Notes: generated by a model from the sequence alone, not told the origin. DNA of 64,000 bases from Mobula birostris (GCF_030028105.1 NC_092395.1:43056459-43120458); one strand, 5' to 3'. Counted from the first letter of the stretch, positions 1 to 12,035 are shown. A program made the numbers and translations.

Positions 1-147
1 GGCCAGCTGAGTGGCTGCCAGCTACTCCGAGGTAGGTAGGGTTCCAGCTGTTTCCATAGCCAGCTGAGGTTGCGAGCTGAACTGAGACTCGGAGCTTCCC
101 CAGAGCAGAGATTGAACTGTACGTCGTTCTTTGGTGTTTGTCTCTTC

Positions 148-340
148 TTGTCCTCGCCTCTGTGGGGTAAGTGCAGCCGTTCTGCCATTGCCCTGTGGAG
201 GGTCCTGTCTTGTCTTGTCTTGTCTTGTCCTTGCCTCCGTGGGGTAAGTCAAGCCGTTTTGCCGTTGCCCTGCAGGGGGATCTGTCTTGTCTTTCCTCGC
301 CTCTGTTGGGTACATCCGGCCGTTCTGCCATTACCTTACG
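148..340. repeat. Tandem repeat, about 67-77-bp unit, about 2.7 copies, containing a (GTCTT)n run
   Basis: TTGTCCTCGCCTCTGTGGGGTAAGTGCAGCCGTTCTGCCATTGCCCTG recurs near 148, 224 and 291. Confidence 0.8.
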
Positions 341-442
341 GAGGAACCTGTCCCACCTTGGTGTGGAGATGAAGTTCAGTCCCGGCTTGTGTTAGGACAA
401 GTCCCCGCTCTATGTTGATATTCGGTTCCCAGTCTGTCTCTG

Positions 443-665
443 AGCTCCAAGAACCCAAGCCTCGACGATCCCGCAGCCAAGCTCCAAGAACCCAAGCCTC
501 GAAGATCCCGCAGCCAAGCTCCAAGAACCGAAGTCTCGAGGATCCCATGTCAAGTTCTGAGAACCCAAGCCTCGATGATCCCGCAGCCAAGCTCCAAGAA
601 CCGAAGTCTCGATGATCCCAAGCCAAGTTCCAAGAACCCAAGATTTGAGGATCCCAAGCCAAGCT
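443..665. repeat. Minisatellite, 36-37-bp unit, about 6 copies
   Basis: Unit GCTCCAAGAACCCAAGCCTCGACGATCCCGCAGCCAA repeated head-to-tail with variants and no spacers. Confidence 0.9.
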
Positions 666-976
666 CAAGACCCAAGACCCCAGCCTGCAGCCAAGATCAA
701 GAGCCAAGACTCCAGCCTGTCTCCAAGCTCAGACCTCCAGACCCCAGCCACGTCCTGTCCTGAAAGCATGTCATGTCCTTGCCTGGTTCTGGAGTCTGAG
801 CCCGAGGCAAGACCCAGGTTCTAGTCCTGGTCCCGCTTTCCCGAGTCCAAGTCTGCGTTCTTGTCACTGCTCCTGGTCTGAATCCTGTCACGTCCCTGCT
901 CTAGTCAAGTCCTGTTCCTTCTACTTCAGTGTTTGTATCTCGCATTCGGGTCTGTTCCCACCACCCCATTGTGACA

Positions 977-2834
977 TTGCCTACGAAGGACCAGAGGGCT
1001 TCTACGGTGGCAAAAATGTTATGGGAGAAGTATCTCATTTATTATAGCCTTCCCAGGCGAATGCATAGTGATCAGGGACGGGATTTCGAGAGCAGACTAA
1101 TCCGTGAATTATTGGGCATGCTTGGAGTTGAGTTCGAGGACTGCACCCTATCACCCACATTGTGATCCCCAGCCAGAGGTTAAATCAGACCTTGCTAGGC
1201 ATGCTCGGTACCCCGGAGATCTGCAAGAAGAGCAGGCGGAGTCAATATATTGGGATCTGGTTCACAGTTATAATTGTACACGAAACAAAGCTACTGTGTA
1301 CTCGCCATATTATCTGATGTTTGGGCACGAGGCAAGGTTGCCCATTGACCTTCGTTTTGGGACTGACGAGGGTGACTTACCACCGAAGACTTATCTGAAG
1401 TATGTGTCTGACATGAGAAGAGAGTTGAAAAGGGTTTATGAATTAACTGGGGTCGCGGTCTGGAGACAGAGTCCTCATTAGGTATTTGGGGTTACCTGGA
1501 AAGCATAAATTGGCTGACCGCTGGGCGGCTACGCCCCATGTAGTGGAGAGTCAGATGCCAAACCTACCAGTTTTTCGGGTGAAACCAAAGGATGCGAATG
1601 GACCTGTCAAGATTCTCCATCGGAACCACCTGTTGCCCCTGGGTCAAGAGGAGCAGGTAGACCAAGAGCCCGACTTGGAGCCTACACCTAGTAAGAGGAC
1701 TCTGTGGAAACGCGGGGTGACTACTGGGCCCTCAGCAGGCGAGGTTAGGCCGGACTCCTCCCCTGAGAGGGATACCGATTCGGAGGATGAGGACCTGGAT
1801 GTGTGGCATATGCTGTCTTTCGCTAACTCCCCATTGATTGAGGAAAAGACTCCCGACCCTTCTCCCACTGAGACAGGTGAAGTATTCGGGGGTGGGGGTA
1901 GGGGAGGGCTATCTGTGGGCAGCCTAGGTTGCAGCGGAACTCTGCAGGGGAGGAAGCAGGGTTTGATCACGGGACAGAGGGCTCCGAGTTGCAGGTGGGC
2001 ACGAGTGATAGATCGGGGGAGGCCTCGCCAGGTAGACTGGAAGCAACCCCTGTAGTCTCGGAACCTGAAGAGTTAGATGATGGGGAGCGCAGGTCTCAGA
2101 AAATTAGGAGACCACCAGATAGATTGGCCTACGTAGCACCAGGAAAACAGAGTGTGACCCCTACTGTGTTGGGGAGCTTTATCACTGCCTTTTACACCTG
2201 GATTGGGCTTTGTGTTTTGCAGGAAGGTTTGGCGAATTATCTCAACGTCGTGAGGATATGACTGAATTTGGTGGGGAGAGTGTGACATGCTGTAGGGTTT
2301 CAATGCTGTGTAACATGCTGTAAGGTTTCACTGATAATGTAATGGTTTCTCTGTGACAGCAATGTTTGGGTTATGACTAGAGATAACGGGGTTTGGAATG
2401 CTGTTCGTTTTTCTGAGTCTGGAGGAGAGATTTTGGCGGTCTTTTGCCGGGGAGAGATGAGGACAGAAGACCCGAATGGAGGGAGTTGGTGGACCACCGG
2501 ACGCGGTGGACTTGGAGCGAGGGTCCGAAGGGCAGCGACGATCGGAGGAGGTCGATGGTAGAGGGCCGGCTTATCAGTGAGCTTCAACATTGCGCAATAG
2601 ACTGTTTCATAAGAATGGGCCCTTTTTCTCTTTTTCGTTTTCTTTACTAACCCCATAGTCAAAGTAGGAATTATGAAGCTTAATCGTTCAATCGCACATT
2701 GTGTACTGTTTGTTATTTCGGGGTACTGATTTGTAACAGTGGACACATCCCGCAGCATCCACCCAAACGAGATTCCTTAAGTTTGGCCGGTCTATCACCC
2801 CTGTATTAAGCCGCTAGCCAAAGCGAGAATTACA
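977..2834 (+). mobile_element. Gypsy LTR retrotransposon remnant: frameshifted integrase core and C-terminus, PPT and 3' LTR (2281-2834)
   Basis: ORFs 929-1165, 1104-1481 and 1486-2055 carry integrase motifs (MHSDQGRDFES, YHPHCDPQPE, SPYYLMFGHEARLPIDL). Purine tract GTGGGGAGAG at 2271-2280 is followed by TGTGAC...TACA. Confidence 0.8.
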
Positions 2835-5473
2835 TGTATTTAGATGACCTCCTTATCTATTCCCGCTCTCATCAAGAGCACGTCCAGCATGCTCGGAGAG
2901 GACTCAGACGCCTTCTTGAAAATAACCTGTACGCCAAGCCTGAAAAATGTGAATTCCATAAAGACCAGGTGCCATTTTTGAGCTAAAAACTTACCCCATC
3001 CAGTGTTCAAATGGACGCTAGTAAATTTCAGGCAGTTAGAGTAGCCCAAACCGTCTACAGTCAAACAGGTACGGCGCTTCATGGAGTTTGCGAACTGTTA
3101 TCGCCGCTTCATTCGGAATTCCGGCTCTATCGCGGCTTCAATGAATGCACTCACCAAAAAAACCTCAGCAGGATTCTACTGGACGGACGATGCCGACCAA
3201 GCATTTTCAAAGCTAAAGCGATGTTTCACCACTGCCCCGCTGCTGCAACACCCAGACCCATCTCGGCCATTCATTATCGAGGTGGATTCATCCGATGTAG
3301 GCATTGGAGTTGTCCTCTCTCAGCGCTCGTCTGCGGATAGCCCTCGCTCCCTTGTGCCTTTCTTTCCCGTCGCTTAACTCTGGCCGAAAGGAATTACGAC
3401 GTTGGGAACTGGGAACTTCTAGCTGTCAAGGAGTCCCTAGAGGAACGGCGACACAGGCTGGAGGGGGCAGGGCATCCATTCCTGGTCTGGACAGATCACA
3501 AAAACCTCTCCTATATTCAGATGCTAAGATACTCTCTGGTCGAGTCCGGTGGGCTCTCTGTACACACGGTTTAATTTCATCCTCACTTATCGTCCCGGGA
3601 GCAAGTATACAAAGGCGAACGCTCTCTCCCGGCAGTTTGACGGATCTGAGGACAATGCCGATCCAGAGACCATTCTTCCCCGTTCGTGTATCGCTGCTCC
3701 AGTGATCTGGGGATAGAGGCAGAGGTGAGGGCCGCCCAATAATTATATCCAAGCCCGGATGGGGGACCTCCCAACCGGCTGTTTGTCCCTGCTGCCGTGC
3801 GTTCCAAATTGTTGGAATGGGGTCACTCCTCCCGTTTGGCTGGACATCCGGGAATTCAAGAGACTCAGGAGTTTATAAAGAGACAATGTTGGTGGCCATC
3901 TATGTCCCAGGATGTCCTCGACTTTGTATCTGCCTGTCTTACCTGCGCTCGAAACAAGACATTACGTCAGAGTCCTGCGGGTCTGTTATATCCATTGCCT
4001 GTGCTCCATCGCCCCTGGTCCCACCGCTCAGTAGATTTCATCACTGGTCTGCCCTCATCTAATGGAAACAGCACCATTTTGGTCGTTGTGGATCGATTTT
4101 CCAAGGCTGTCCACTTCATTGCCCTCCCCAGGCTCCCATCGGCTCGTGAGACTGCCACACGCATGGTTCAAAACGTGTTTAGGATCCATGGCTTTCTTCA
4201 AGACATAGTGTCTGATCGTGGACCACGGTTCATTTCCCGCTTTTGGAAGGGTTTCTGCTCTCTTTTTGGAGTCACCGCCAGCCTCTCGTCTGGCTTCCAC
4301 CCCCAATCTAATGGCCGGACGGAGAGAATGAACCAGGAGTTGGAGACAACCCGGCGCTGTCTTTCCTCTTCCAACCCCACGGCCTGGACCTCCCAATTTG
4401 TATGTCTCCCTTTGAATGCCAGAAAGGATTCCAGCTCCCGCTCTTCCCTGATCAGGAGATCGACGTGGGAGTTCCTGCTGCTGAACAGCTGATTCAGCGC
4501 TACAAGCGCACATGGAGACAAGCCAGGGCTTCTCTGCTGCGCGCCAAGAAACAGCATTCCCGGCAGGCTGATCGGCTCCGTCGACAGGTAAGGCCATTCA
4601 AGCCAGTAGAGGAGGTCTGGTTGGTATCAACGGATCTTCTTCAAGTCGAGAACCGGAAACTGGCACCGCGCTACGTGGGACCGTTTGTAGTGGAAAGGGC
4701 TGTCAGCAAGGTGTCCTATAGACTGCGTCTACCAGCATCGCTGAAGATCCACCAGTATTCCATGTTTCCCAGCTGAAGCCTGTTACTACCTCTCCCGTAG
4801 CCCCACTTACCCCACCTCCCACACCTCCCCGCCTGGTAGATGGTTCCCTTGTCTATACTATGTGGCGCCTCCTAGCATCTCGCCGGGTACGTGTTAAGGT
4901 CCAGTACGTTGTGGACTGAGAAGCGTATGGCCCAGAATAGCGTACTTGAATACCGGCGAAGGACATCTTGGACCAGTCGCTGATCCGGGACTTCCAGCGG
5001 ACACAGGTCTGTGCGCCTCAGGCGCTGCGCCTGGAGAGGGGGGGCCCTGTCACAACCACGGACTCGGCAGCGAGGTAGATACGGCAATTGTGCTTGTGAA
5101 TTTGTACGTGTCAGCTAATTATTTAATCGTGATAGTATTGAACTCCATACTTGTCGTCGTAGTGCTTGTCGAGACTTGGACAGAGAACAGCAACGCTTCG
5201 CTGTCTGTTTTGCTTTCGGCCTTTCGCTGAGAAATTGGACTTCCGAGTTAACTGACTCTGAAGACTTCGCAGGATTCGTTTAAAGTTTCGGTTTTCTTTT
5301 CAGCCGCAGTGCAGACTTCGGTTCCCATTTGAGAGTTTTAGTTAACGGCTCTATTTGGCCAAGTGTTTATTGTTTATTTTCCCTCAAACACTGTTCGCAA
5401 TAAAGTTTGTGAACTATTGACCTGCTTCAGTGTTTCTCACTCCGCACTTGGGCCATATCCGAACCTGGTAACA
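2835..5473 (+). mobile_element. Chromodomain-type (sushi/Tf2-like) Gypsy remnant: RT end, RNase H, integrase, chromodomain, PPT and 3' LTR (5048-5473)
   Basis: Starts at YLDDLLIYS. RNase H region FIIEVDSSDVGIG; integrase HSSRLAGHPG...C..C and IVSDRGPRFISRFW; chromodomain-like VQYVVD.EAYGPE near 4900. Purine tract 5030-5044; LTR TGTCACA...GGTAACA. Many stops and frameshifts. Confidence 0.85.
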
Positions 5474-5656
5474 AGTTCTTGATGCATGTTTGAGGAAAGT
5501 GGAACAGGCACCAATGGGCTTGCTCTACATGGACCCAATGGGCTGAATGGCCTCATTATGTGTTTTGATAAATTCCACCATATGTCCACAACACATAGGA
5601 GCAGAAACACGTCATTCAGCTCATCTACTCCACCATTCCATCATGGCTGATTTATT

Positions 5657-8180
5657 ATAGAAACATAGAAAATAGGTGCAGGAGTACGCCATTCGGCCCT
5701 TCGAGCCTGCACCGCCATTTATTATGATCATGACTGATCATCCAACTCAGAACCCTGCACCAGTCTTCCCTCCATACCCACTGATCCCCGTAGCCACAAG
5801 GGCCATATCTAACTCCCTCTTAAATATAGCCAATGAACTGGCCTCAACCGTTTCCTGTGGCAGAGAATTCCACAGATTCACCACTCTCTGTGTGAAGAAG
5901 TTTTTCCTAATCTCGGTCCTAAAAGGCTTCCCCTTTATCCTCAAACTGTGACCGCTCGTTCTGGACTTCTCCAACATCGGGAACAATCTTCCTGCATCTA
6001 GCCTGTCCAATCCCTTTAGGATTTTATACGTTTCAATCAGATCCCCCCCTCAATCTTCTCAATTCCAACGAGTACAAGCCAAGTTCATCCAATCTTTCTT
6101 CATATGAAAGTCCTGCCATCCCAGGAATCAATCTGGTGAACCTTCTTTGTACTCCCTCTATGGTAAGGATGTCTTTCTTCAGATTAGGGGACCAAAACTG
6201 CACACAATACTCCAGGTGTGGTCTCACCAAGGTCTTGTACAACTGCAGTAGTACCTCCCTGCTCCTGTACTCTAATCCTCTCGCTATAAATGTCAGCATA
6301 CCATTTGCCTTTTTCACCACCTGCTGTACCTGCATGCCCACTTTCAATGACTGGTGTATAATGACACCCAGGTCTCGTTGCACCTCCCCTTTTCCTAATC
6401 GGCCACCATTCAGATAATAATCTGTTCTCCTATTTTTTGCCACCAAAGTGGATAACTTCACATTTATCAACATTAAATTGCATCTGCCATGAATTTGCCC
6501 AGTCACCCAACCTATCCAAGTCACTCTGCATTCTCTTAGCATCCTCCTCACAGCTAACACTGCCACCCAGCTTCGTGTCATCCGCAAACTTGGAGATGCT
6601 GCATTTAATTCCCTCATCCAAGTCATTAATATATATTGTAAACAACTGGGGTCCCAGCACTGAGCCTTGCGGTACCCCACTAGTCACTGCCTGCCATTCT
6701 GAAATGGTCCCGTTTATTCCCACTCTTTGCTTCCTGTCTGCTAACCAATTCTCTATCCACATCAGTACCTTACCCCCAATACCGTGTGCTTTAAGTTTGC
6801 ACACTAATCTCCTGTGTGGGACCTTGTCAAAAGCCTTTTGAAAATCCAAATATATCACATCCACTGGCTCTCCCCTATCCACTCTACTAGTTACATCCTC
6901 AAAAAAATTCTATGAGATTCGTCAGACATGATTTTCCTTTCACAAATCCATGCTGACTTTGTCCGATGATTTCACTGCTTTCTAAATGTGCTGTTATCAC
7001 ATCTTTGATAACTGACTCCAGCAGTTTCCCCACCACCGACGTTAGGCTAACCGGTCTATAATTCCCCGGTTTCTCTCTCCCTCCTTTTTAAAAAAAGTGG
7101 GGTTACATTAGCCACCCTCCAATCCTCAGGAACTAGTCCAGAATCTAACGAGTTTTGAAAAATTATCACTAATGCATCCACTATTTTTTGGGCTACTTCC
7201 TTAAGCACTCTGGGATGCAGACCATCTGGCCCTGGGGATTTATCTGCCTTTTAATCCCTTCAATTTACCTAACACCACTTCCCTACTAACATGTATTTCG
7301 CTCAGTTCCTCCATCTCACTGGACCCTCTGTCCCTACTATTTCTGGAAGATTATTTATGTCCTCCTTAGTGAAGACAGAACCAAAGTAATTATTCAATTG
7401 GTCTGCCATGTCCTTGCTCCCCATAATCAATTCACCTGTTTCTGTCTGTAATAGGGCCTACATTTGTCTTTACCAGTCTTTTCCTTTTTGCATATCTATA
7501 AAAGCTTTTACAGTCAGTTTTTATGTTCCCTACCAGTTTTCTCTCATAATCTTTTTTTCCCCTTCCTAATTAAGCCCTTTGTCCTCCTCTGCTGAACTCT
7601 GAATTTCTCCCAGTCCTCAGGTGAGCCACTTTTTCTGGCTAATTTGTATGCTTCTTCTTTGGAATTGATACTATCCCTAATTTCTCTTGTCAGCCACGGG
7701 TGCACTACCTTCCTTGATTTATTCTTTTGCCAAACTGGGATGAACAATTGTTGTAGTTCATCCATGCAATCTTTAAATGCTTGCCATTGCATATCCACCG
7801 TCAATCCTTTAAGTGCCATTTGCCAGTCTACCTTCGCTAATTCACGTCTCATACCTTCAAAGTTACCCCTCTTTAAGTTTAGAACCTTTGTTTCTGAATT
7901 AACTATGTCACTCTCCATCTTAATGAAGAATTCCACCATATTATGGTCACTCTTACCCAAGGGGCCTCTCACGACAAGATTGCTAATTAACCCTTCCTCA
8001 TTGCTCAAAACTCCAGTCCAGAATAGCTTGCTCTCTAGTTGGTTCCTCGACATGTTGGTTCAAAAAACCATCCCGCATACATTCCAAGAAATCCTCTTCC
8101 TCAGCACCTTTACCAATCTACATGTAGATTGGAGTCACCCATTATAACTGCTGTTCCTTTATTGCACACATTTCTAATTC
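5657..8180 (-). mobile_element. CR1 LINE, 5'-truncated, relatively young (part of endonuclease region, RT, 3' tail)
   Basis: Minus-strand ORFs with YLDFQKAFDKVPH, GVPQGSVLGPQLF and FADDTKL. The (TTCTAT)n-type tail reads ATAGAAACATAGAAA at 5657. Absent at the paralogous site near 47555. Confidence 0.95.
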
Positions 8181-9425
8181 CCCTGCTTATCCCTCTCATT
8201 CCCCTGCTTCTGCCTTGTCCACATCAGCGTCGACGCGTTTACTTTACAAGAAACTGTCAATCTCCACTTTAAGTATACTTAATGACTTGGCCGACACAGC
8301 CGTCTGTCGCAATGAATTCTATCGATTCACCACCCTCTCGCGAAAGAAATTATTCCTCATCTCTGTTCGAAGGTAATATCCTTGTCTACTCAGACTCTTC
8401 CCTCTGGTCCTTGACTAATAGGAACTCAGAGAGCAACTTGGGAACAGGTCGGTGTGAGGTTTCTTTGTTTGATTGGAATGGTGGGACTTGCCCATTGGGG
8501 GGTGGTGTTTTTGTCTGTTTTCTTTCTCAGGACCTCTGTGCTGTGCGAAGTCGAACCTTGGATTTCCCGTCCACTCGACCTTTCCATGCAAGTACAAACA
8601 GCACGGATCAAACTGCCAGCTGTACCAGGATTTCTGATTCTCTCTTTACCTCCCCCTCTGTCACCCATCCCACGCCACTCCCAACTGGTTCCCCTCCCGC
8701 CTTTCTGTCTCCTGGGCGTTTTTCTCTCTCATCTCACCTTCGCTATCAGCTGTTTCTCTGTCACTCCCTCTCCTTATCCATCCCATCTCTCCTTCCCTCT
8801 GCCTTTGTCTCTCTTTCTCTGACACACACACTCTTCCTCCCTCTGCTACCACTCTCATGCTCCTCAGAATGAGCATCAGCGGGAAAGCAGCCATTGTTTG
8901 AAATCCCGGACTGAATCACCCAGTGGTGACTACCCCGTCCATCGAAGTAACGGCAAGGGGGTGAGGGGGAGGTCAGCAGCGGAGGGCTCTGAGCGAGTTG
9001 CTGGGGAGGGAGAGGAAGGATCAAAGTCGGAACAGGGTTCGGGAAATGAATACAGTGGCGCTGCAAATGGAGAGAAGATAAGAGTTCAGCCCAGGAAGCT
9101 TTGGCGGAGTGGTCATTTCTGCCAAAACTTCATTAGCCCAGAATGTAATTACAATTTATTCCTCTCTCCACCAATGCTGCTCCAGAAAGTGAATATTTCC
9201 AGCCACGTTCATGTTCATTTCCTTTACTAACCTTCCCAACATCAACTGCTTTGTTCTCATTTTACATCGTAGCCTAACAATCAACCCACTACCCTGACCC
9301 GATTCTTTCCAGCATCTCCGCAATGGAACTTCCCGTCATTCGTTGCTGATATTCGGTGTCCAAGGCTGCCGGAAGACGAGAGAAGACGAAAGGCGCGCAC
9401 GGAAATCATTCCAGCACTGATCATC

Positions 9426-9494
9426 TTTATTGGTAGTTGATCACCTTTACCGTTTGTCAGTCTTATACTGATAATGTATCACAAAAAGTTTATT
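9426..9494 (-). terminator. Two AATAAA polyadenylation signals of IgL cluster 1 (9489-9494 and 9426-9431)
   Basis: TTTATT on the + strand about 290 and 350 bp past the C stop; both conserved in cluster 2 (48435-48440, 48378-48383). Confidence 0.75.
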
Positions 9495-9781
9495 AATTAT
9501 TCTAATTAAACCAAACCCAATTTCAGAGAAAACCATTCACAGCTTCAAATTTCAAGAAGCCAACTAACTGTCCGCGTTACCACCGTGTAGCCTCTCAGTA
9601 GGAAAAAGAACAAAATCCGCCTCAAATCAGAGTGCAAATATTCCAGCACCACAGTGGAAACTACAGAGAGCGGAACAGAAGGGAAGTACAGGGAAGAGCG
9701 AGTAAGAGTGGTAGGGGTGAAAGATACAAGGCCATAATCTCCCGTTAATCGGGAACAAACTAGGCAGAAGCCGAGCTCTGT

Positions 9782-10104
9782 TTAACAACTGGATTGTGTG
9801 ACTGTTGCGGATATTGTCGAGGCTGCTCTTTGTTGAACTGAGCAGGAGTACCTCTTCTCACTGCTCCAGTCTGCGCCGGGCACCGTCAGGTAGCTGCTGA
9901 GACTGAAGGTTTTGTCCGCGTTCTGAGTCACTCCGCTGGTTTGCACCTCACTGCTCGTCGGACGGTCGTTCACTGTCCAGCTGACGACAGGGAAGCTGAC
10001 CGACAATTTACTGACCAGGCAAACTAAGGTGCCCGATCCTTTAGCGGAGATCTCCTCGGCTGATGGCCCAAGCAGTTTCACTGAAGGTCCCGGGAGTTGC
10101 CGAG
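9782..10104 (-). CDS. IgL-sigma: IgL constant exon, cluster 1 (intact C1-set domain)
   Basis: Polypyrimidine tract plus CAG acceptor at 10105-10107. Translates ..RQLPGPSVKLLGPSAEEISAKGSGTLVCLVSKLSVSF..W..YSC..TVTQSSC*, with both Cys, the Trp and the terminal interchain Cys. Confidence 0.95.
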
Positions 10105-11389
10105 CTGAACGAGAACAAAAAAAAAAAGACGTGTTTCAAAACGCGAAAGATCTCTGGTCTCTTTTTTTACGAAACTATAAAAGTTTATTTACAGCATATG
10201 TACACAAAATGCAGACCTTTAATATTTACAAGATAGTAAGTATACTCAGATTAAAATATGGTACAATAAAACGGTCCATACCCCGTGGGGTTAATCGCTC
10301 CCGGGTCCTCCACACTTTGACAGAGAGCAAGTAAAAGGTTTCAGGTTCATTGAGTGGGGCCGCGAGTCTCACTGAAAGACAGCGCAGTGCCCATGGAGGA
10401 CAGTGCGTATTGCTTAATCTGGAATACTGGAAATCTACTCCAATAGGTGAAGCTTTTTGGCGCTGAGTCTTTCCCGGAATTGAGAGACACACTGGCATCA
10501 AAGCGCCCCCAGAGTAGTTAAGTGCCCACTCTCTGTTCCATCTCCGTGACACGTTCCTCCTCTTCCCTCCGACCCACCCGCCCGTCACTAATGGCCCTGC
10601 TTCTGCAGGGAGAAAAAAAAATCTCACAATCTGCTCTGCCCCAGTGGGCGAGAGCACCAAAAGCGCGGTCCTGAGCTCCATGGATCGGGGCAGGGTAGGT
10701 CGTTCTGTGATTTGTGATGATGTCGAAGGATTCGGCTCCCACTCACTGTGCGGATTGGGAGATTGGATTCTCCGCAAGAGCTCTGGCCATAGTCGGTGTA
10801 GTGTCGGGATCGCTGAAAAGTGGTTCCCCAAAAGGAACAGCGCTCAAATGAGCGGGCGGAGAGGAGGCGAGTGCTGGGCACTGGGAGAGGGTCTTGTAAT
10901 TGATGGGTGCTGGAGGAGAGTTCCACCCTCACTGGGAGGACAGCAAGTCCAGTAAGTGTCCGAGGGATGTTTCGCGGGGATGTGCTAAACAATAACTTGA
11001 AACTTGTCGTTCTGATGTATTATCATGGACTGTCTTCAGTCAGCAGCGTCCTGCCCCACTGTGTCCCTTCTCGTTCGTTCCTATCAAAGCAAGACAAAAA
11101 CTGACAAACTAACAGTAGAACAGAAATAACACCAATGATCCGAAAGTGTTAAATCATAGTTTGTCCGAAAACACAACCGAAAAGAGAAATGTTTCATTAA
11201 GAGAAGGTAACAATTCACCAAACACAACTCTGTCCCGTAAAACTGACGCTGAATTCGAAACACGATTAAACTGTAAATCAGTATTTTCTCTTTAATATTC
11301 GATAGGAATTTATAACGTTTAAATTATTAATTGCCGGGTGGCCGTATTTATGCCGTGGTTATTGCAGGAGATATTTCCCAGACACCTAC

Positions 11390-11743
11390 TTGTAACCAAG
11401 AGCTTGGTCCCAGGGCCCATCTAAGTACTCGTTCGTGTAACCCACTTTCCGCAGTAATGGACGGCAGCGTCATTCATCTCCACTCTGTTTATGATTAACT
11501 GATACTCGGTGCCGGCACTGTTGACTGTCGACGTGAAAAGGTCACTGCTAATCCCAGGGGTGTAGCTTGGGCTATTCCAGGAATCATGGTAATTTAGGAT
11601 CCATTGTGGAATTGTTCCCGGTGTCTGCTTGTACCAGTTCACACGATTGCCATCCTTTGTTCCGATGTCACAATTCAGCGTGGCCGTGGCTCCTGGTCTC
11701 ACCGACACGGTCGGAGTCTGAGTCAGAGTCTGGGACTCTCCAG
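11390..11743 (-). pseudogene. IgL-sigma: Fused V-J exon, cluster 1
   Basis: AG acceptor at 11744-11745. GESQTLTQTPTVSVRPGATATLNC..WYKQTPG..AVHYC is followed directly by J-like GPGTKLLVT and donor A|GTAGGT. No heptamer or nonamer between V and J. Confidence 0.92.
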
Positions 11744-11844
11744 CTATGAAAGACAGGAATTCAATTTTAACATTGACTCTTTAATGTGACCCCAAGACCC
11801 ACCTCAGCAACCGCTGGCGGTGCTGACTTGCTGTCTGTACTTAC

Positions 11845-11890
11845 AGCCCGGCCACACTGCCAGAGACCAGAAAAAGCACAGCGTCCGCAT
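11845..11890 (-). CDS. IgL-sigma: Leader exon, cluster 1 (MRTLCFFWSLAVWPG)
   Basis: ATG at 11890, hydrophobic signal peptide, phase-1 donor T|GTAAGT, 101-bp leader intron. Confidence 0.92.
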
Positions 11891-11970
11891 CGTTGCTGCC
11901 CGTCAGCTTCCTATCTCCTGTCTGCCGGTGGATGTGTGACTGACCGGCCGCCGCTGCCAATGGAGCCCAG

Positions 11971-12035
11971 TTATAGAGCCATTCACACCGGGGAGGAAAT
12001 CAATGCAAATCAGGGTGACTCACACTGACCAATCA
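11971..12035 (-). promoter_or_regulatory. IgL promoter, cluster 1: TATA-like CTATAA (11971-11976), perfect octamer ATTTGCAT (12003-12010), TGACTCA (12016-12022), CCAAT box near 12029-12033
   Basis: The octamer is in light-chain orientation about 27 bp upstream of the TATA-like box and about 115 bp upstream of the ATG. Confidence 0.85.

Larger units (their letters stand above)
1..976. mobile_element. Probable LTR (right end) of a Gypsy-type element, rich in internal tandem repeats, inserted into the integrase of the next element
   Basis: Ends in ...CCACCCCATTGTGACA (976), an LTR-like CA terminus. An integrase frame (LPTKDQRASTVAKMLWEKY) resumes immediately after it. The left end is not identifiable in the window. 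Confidence 0.45.
9782..11890 (-). pseudogene. IgL-sigma: Ig light-chain cluster 1 (sigma-type), germline-joined VJ, inactivated by an in-frame TAG at 11421-11423
   Basis: Leader 11845-11890, VJ 11390-11743 and C 9782-10104 splice in frame (723 nt). The junction reads YCGKWVTRTST*MGPGTKLLVT. Confidence 0.9.

Noticed and set aside
443-665. 36-37-bp repeats of CRISPR-like length
   Set aside because: Units are head-to-tail with no unique spacers, there are no cas genes, and the context is vertebrate.
22-891. Several 60-120-aa ORFs on both strands
   Set aside because: They are translations of tandem repeats within an LTR-like region.
8282-8894. 196-aa and neighbouring ORFs
   Set aside because: They span a CR1 tail and CT-rich low-complexity DNA, and are absent from the paralogous flank.
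9650-9656. CACAGTG heptamer downstream of both C exons
   Set aside because: It lies in the 3' UTR in the opposite orientation to the gene, with no nonamer at either spacing.
10226-10831. 201-aa ORF (and overlapping ORFs) within the J-C intron
   Set aside because: No recognisable domain, GC-rich intron, and the frame is not preserved in the paralogous intron.
11390-11890. Idea that the joined VJ genes are processed retrocopies
   Set aside because: Leader and J-C introns, promoter and long flanks are retained in both clusters.
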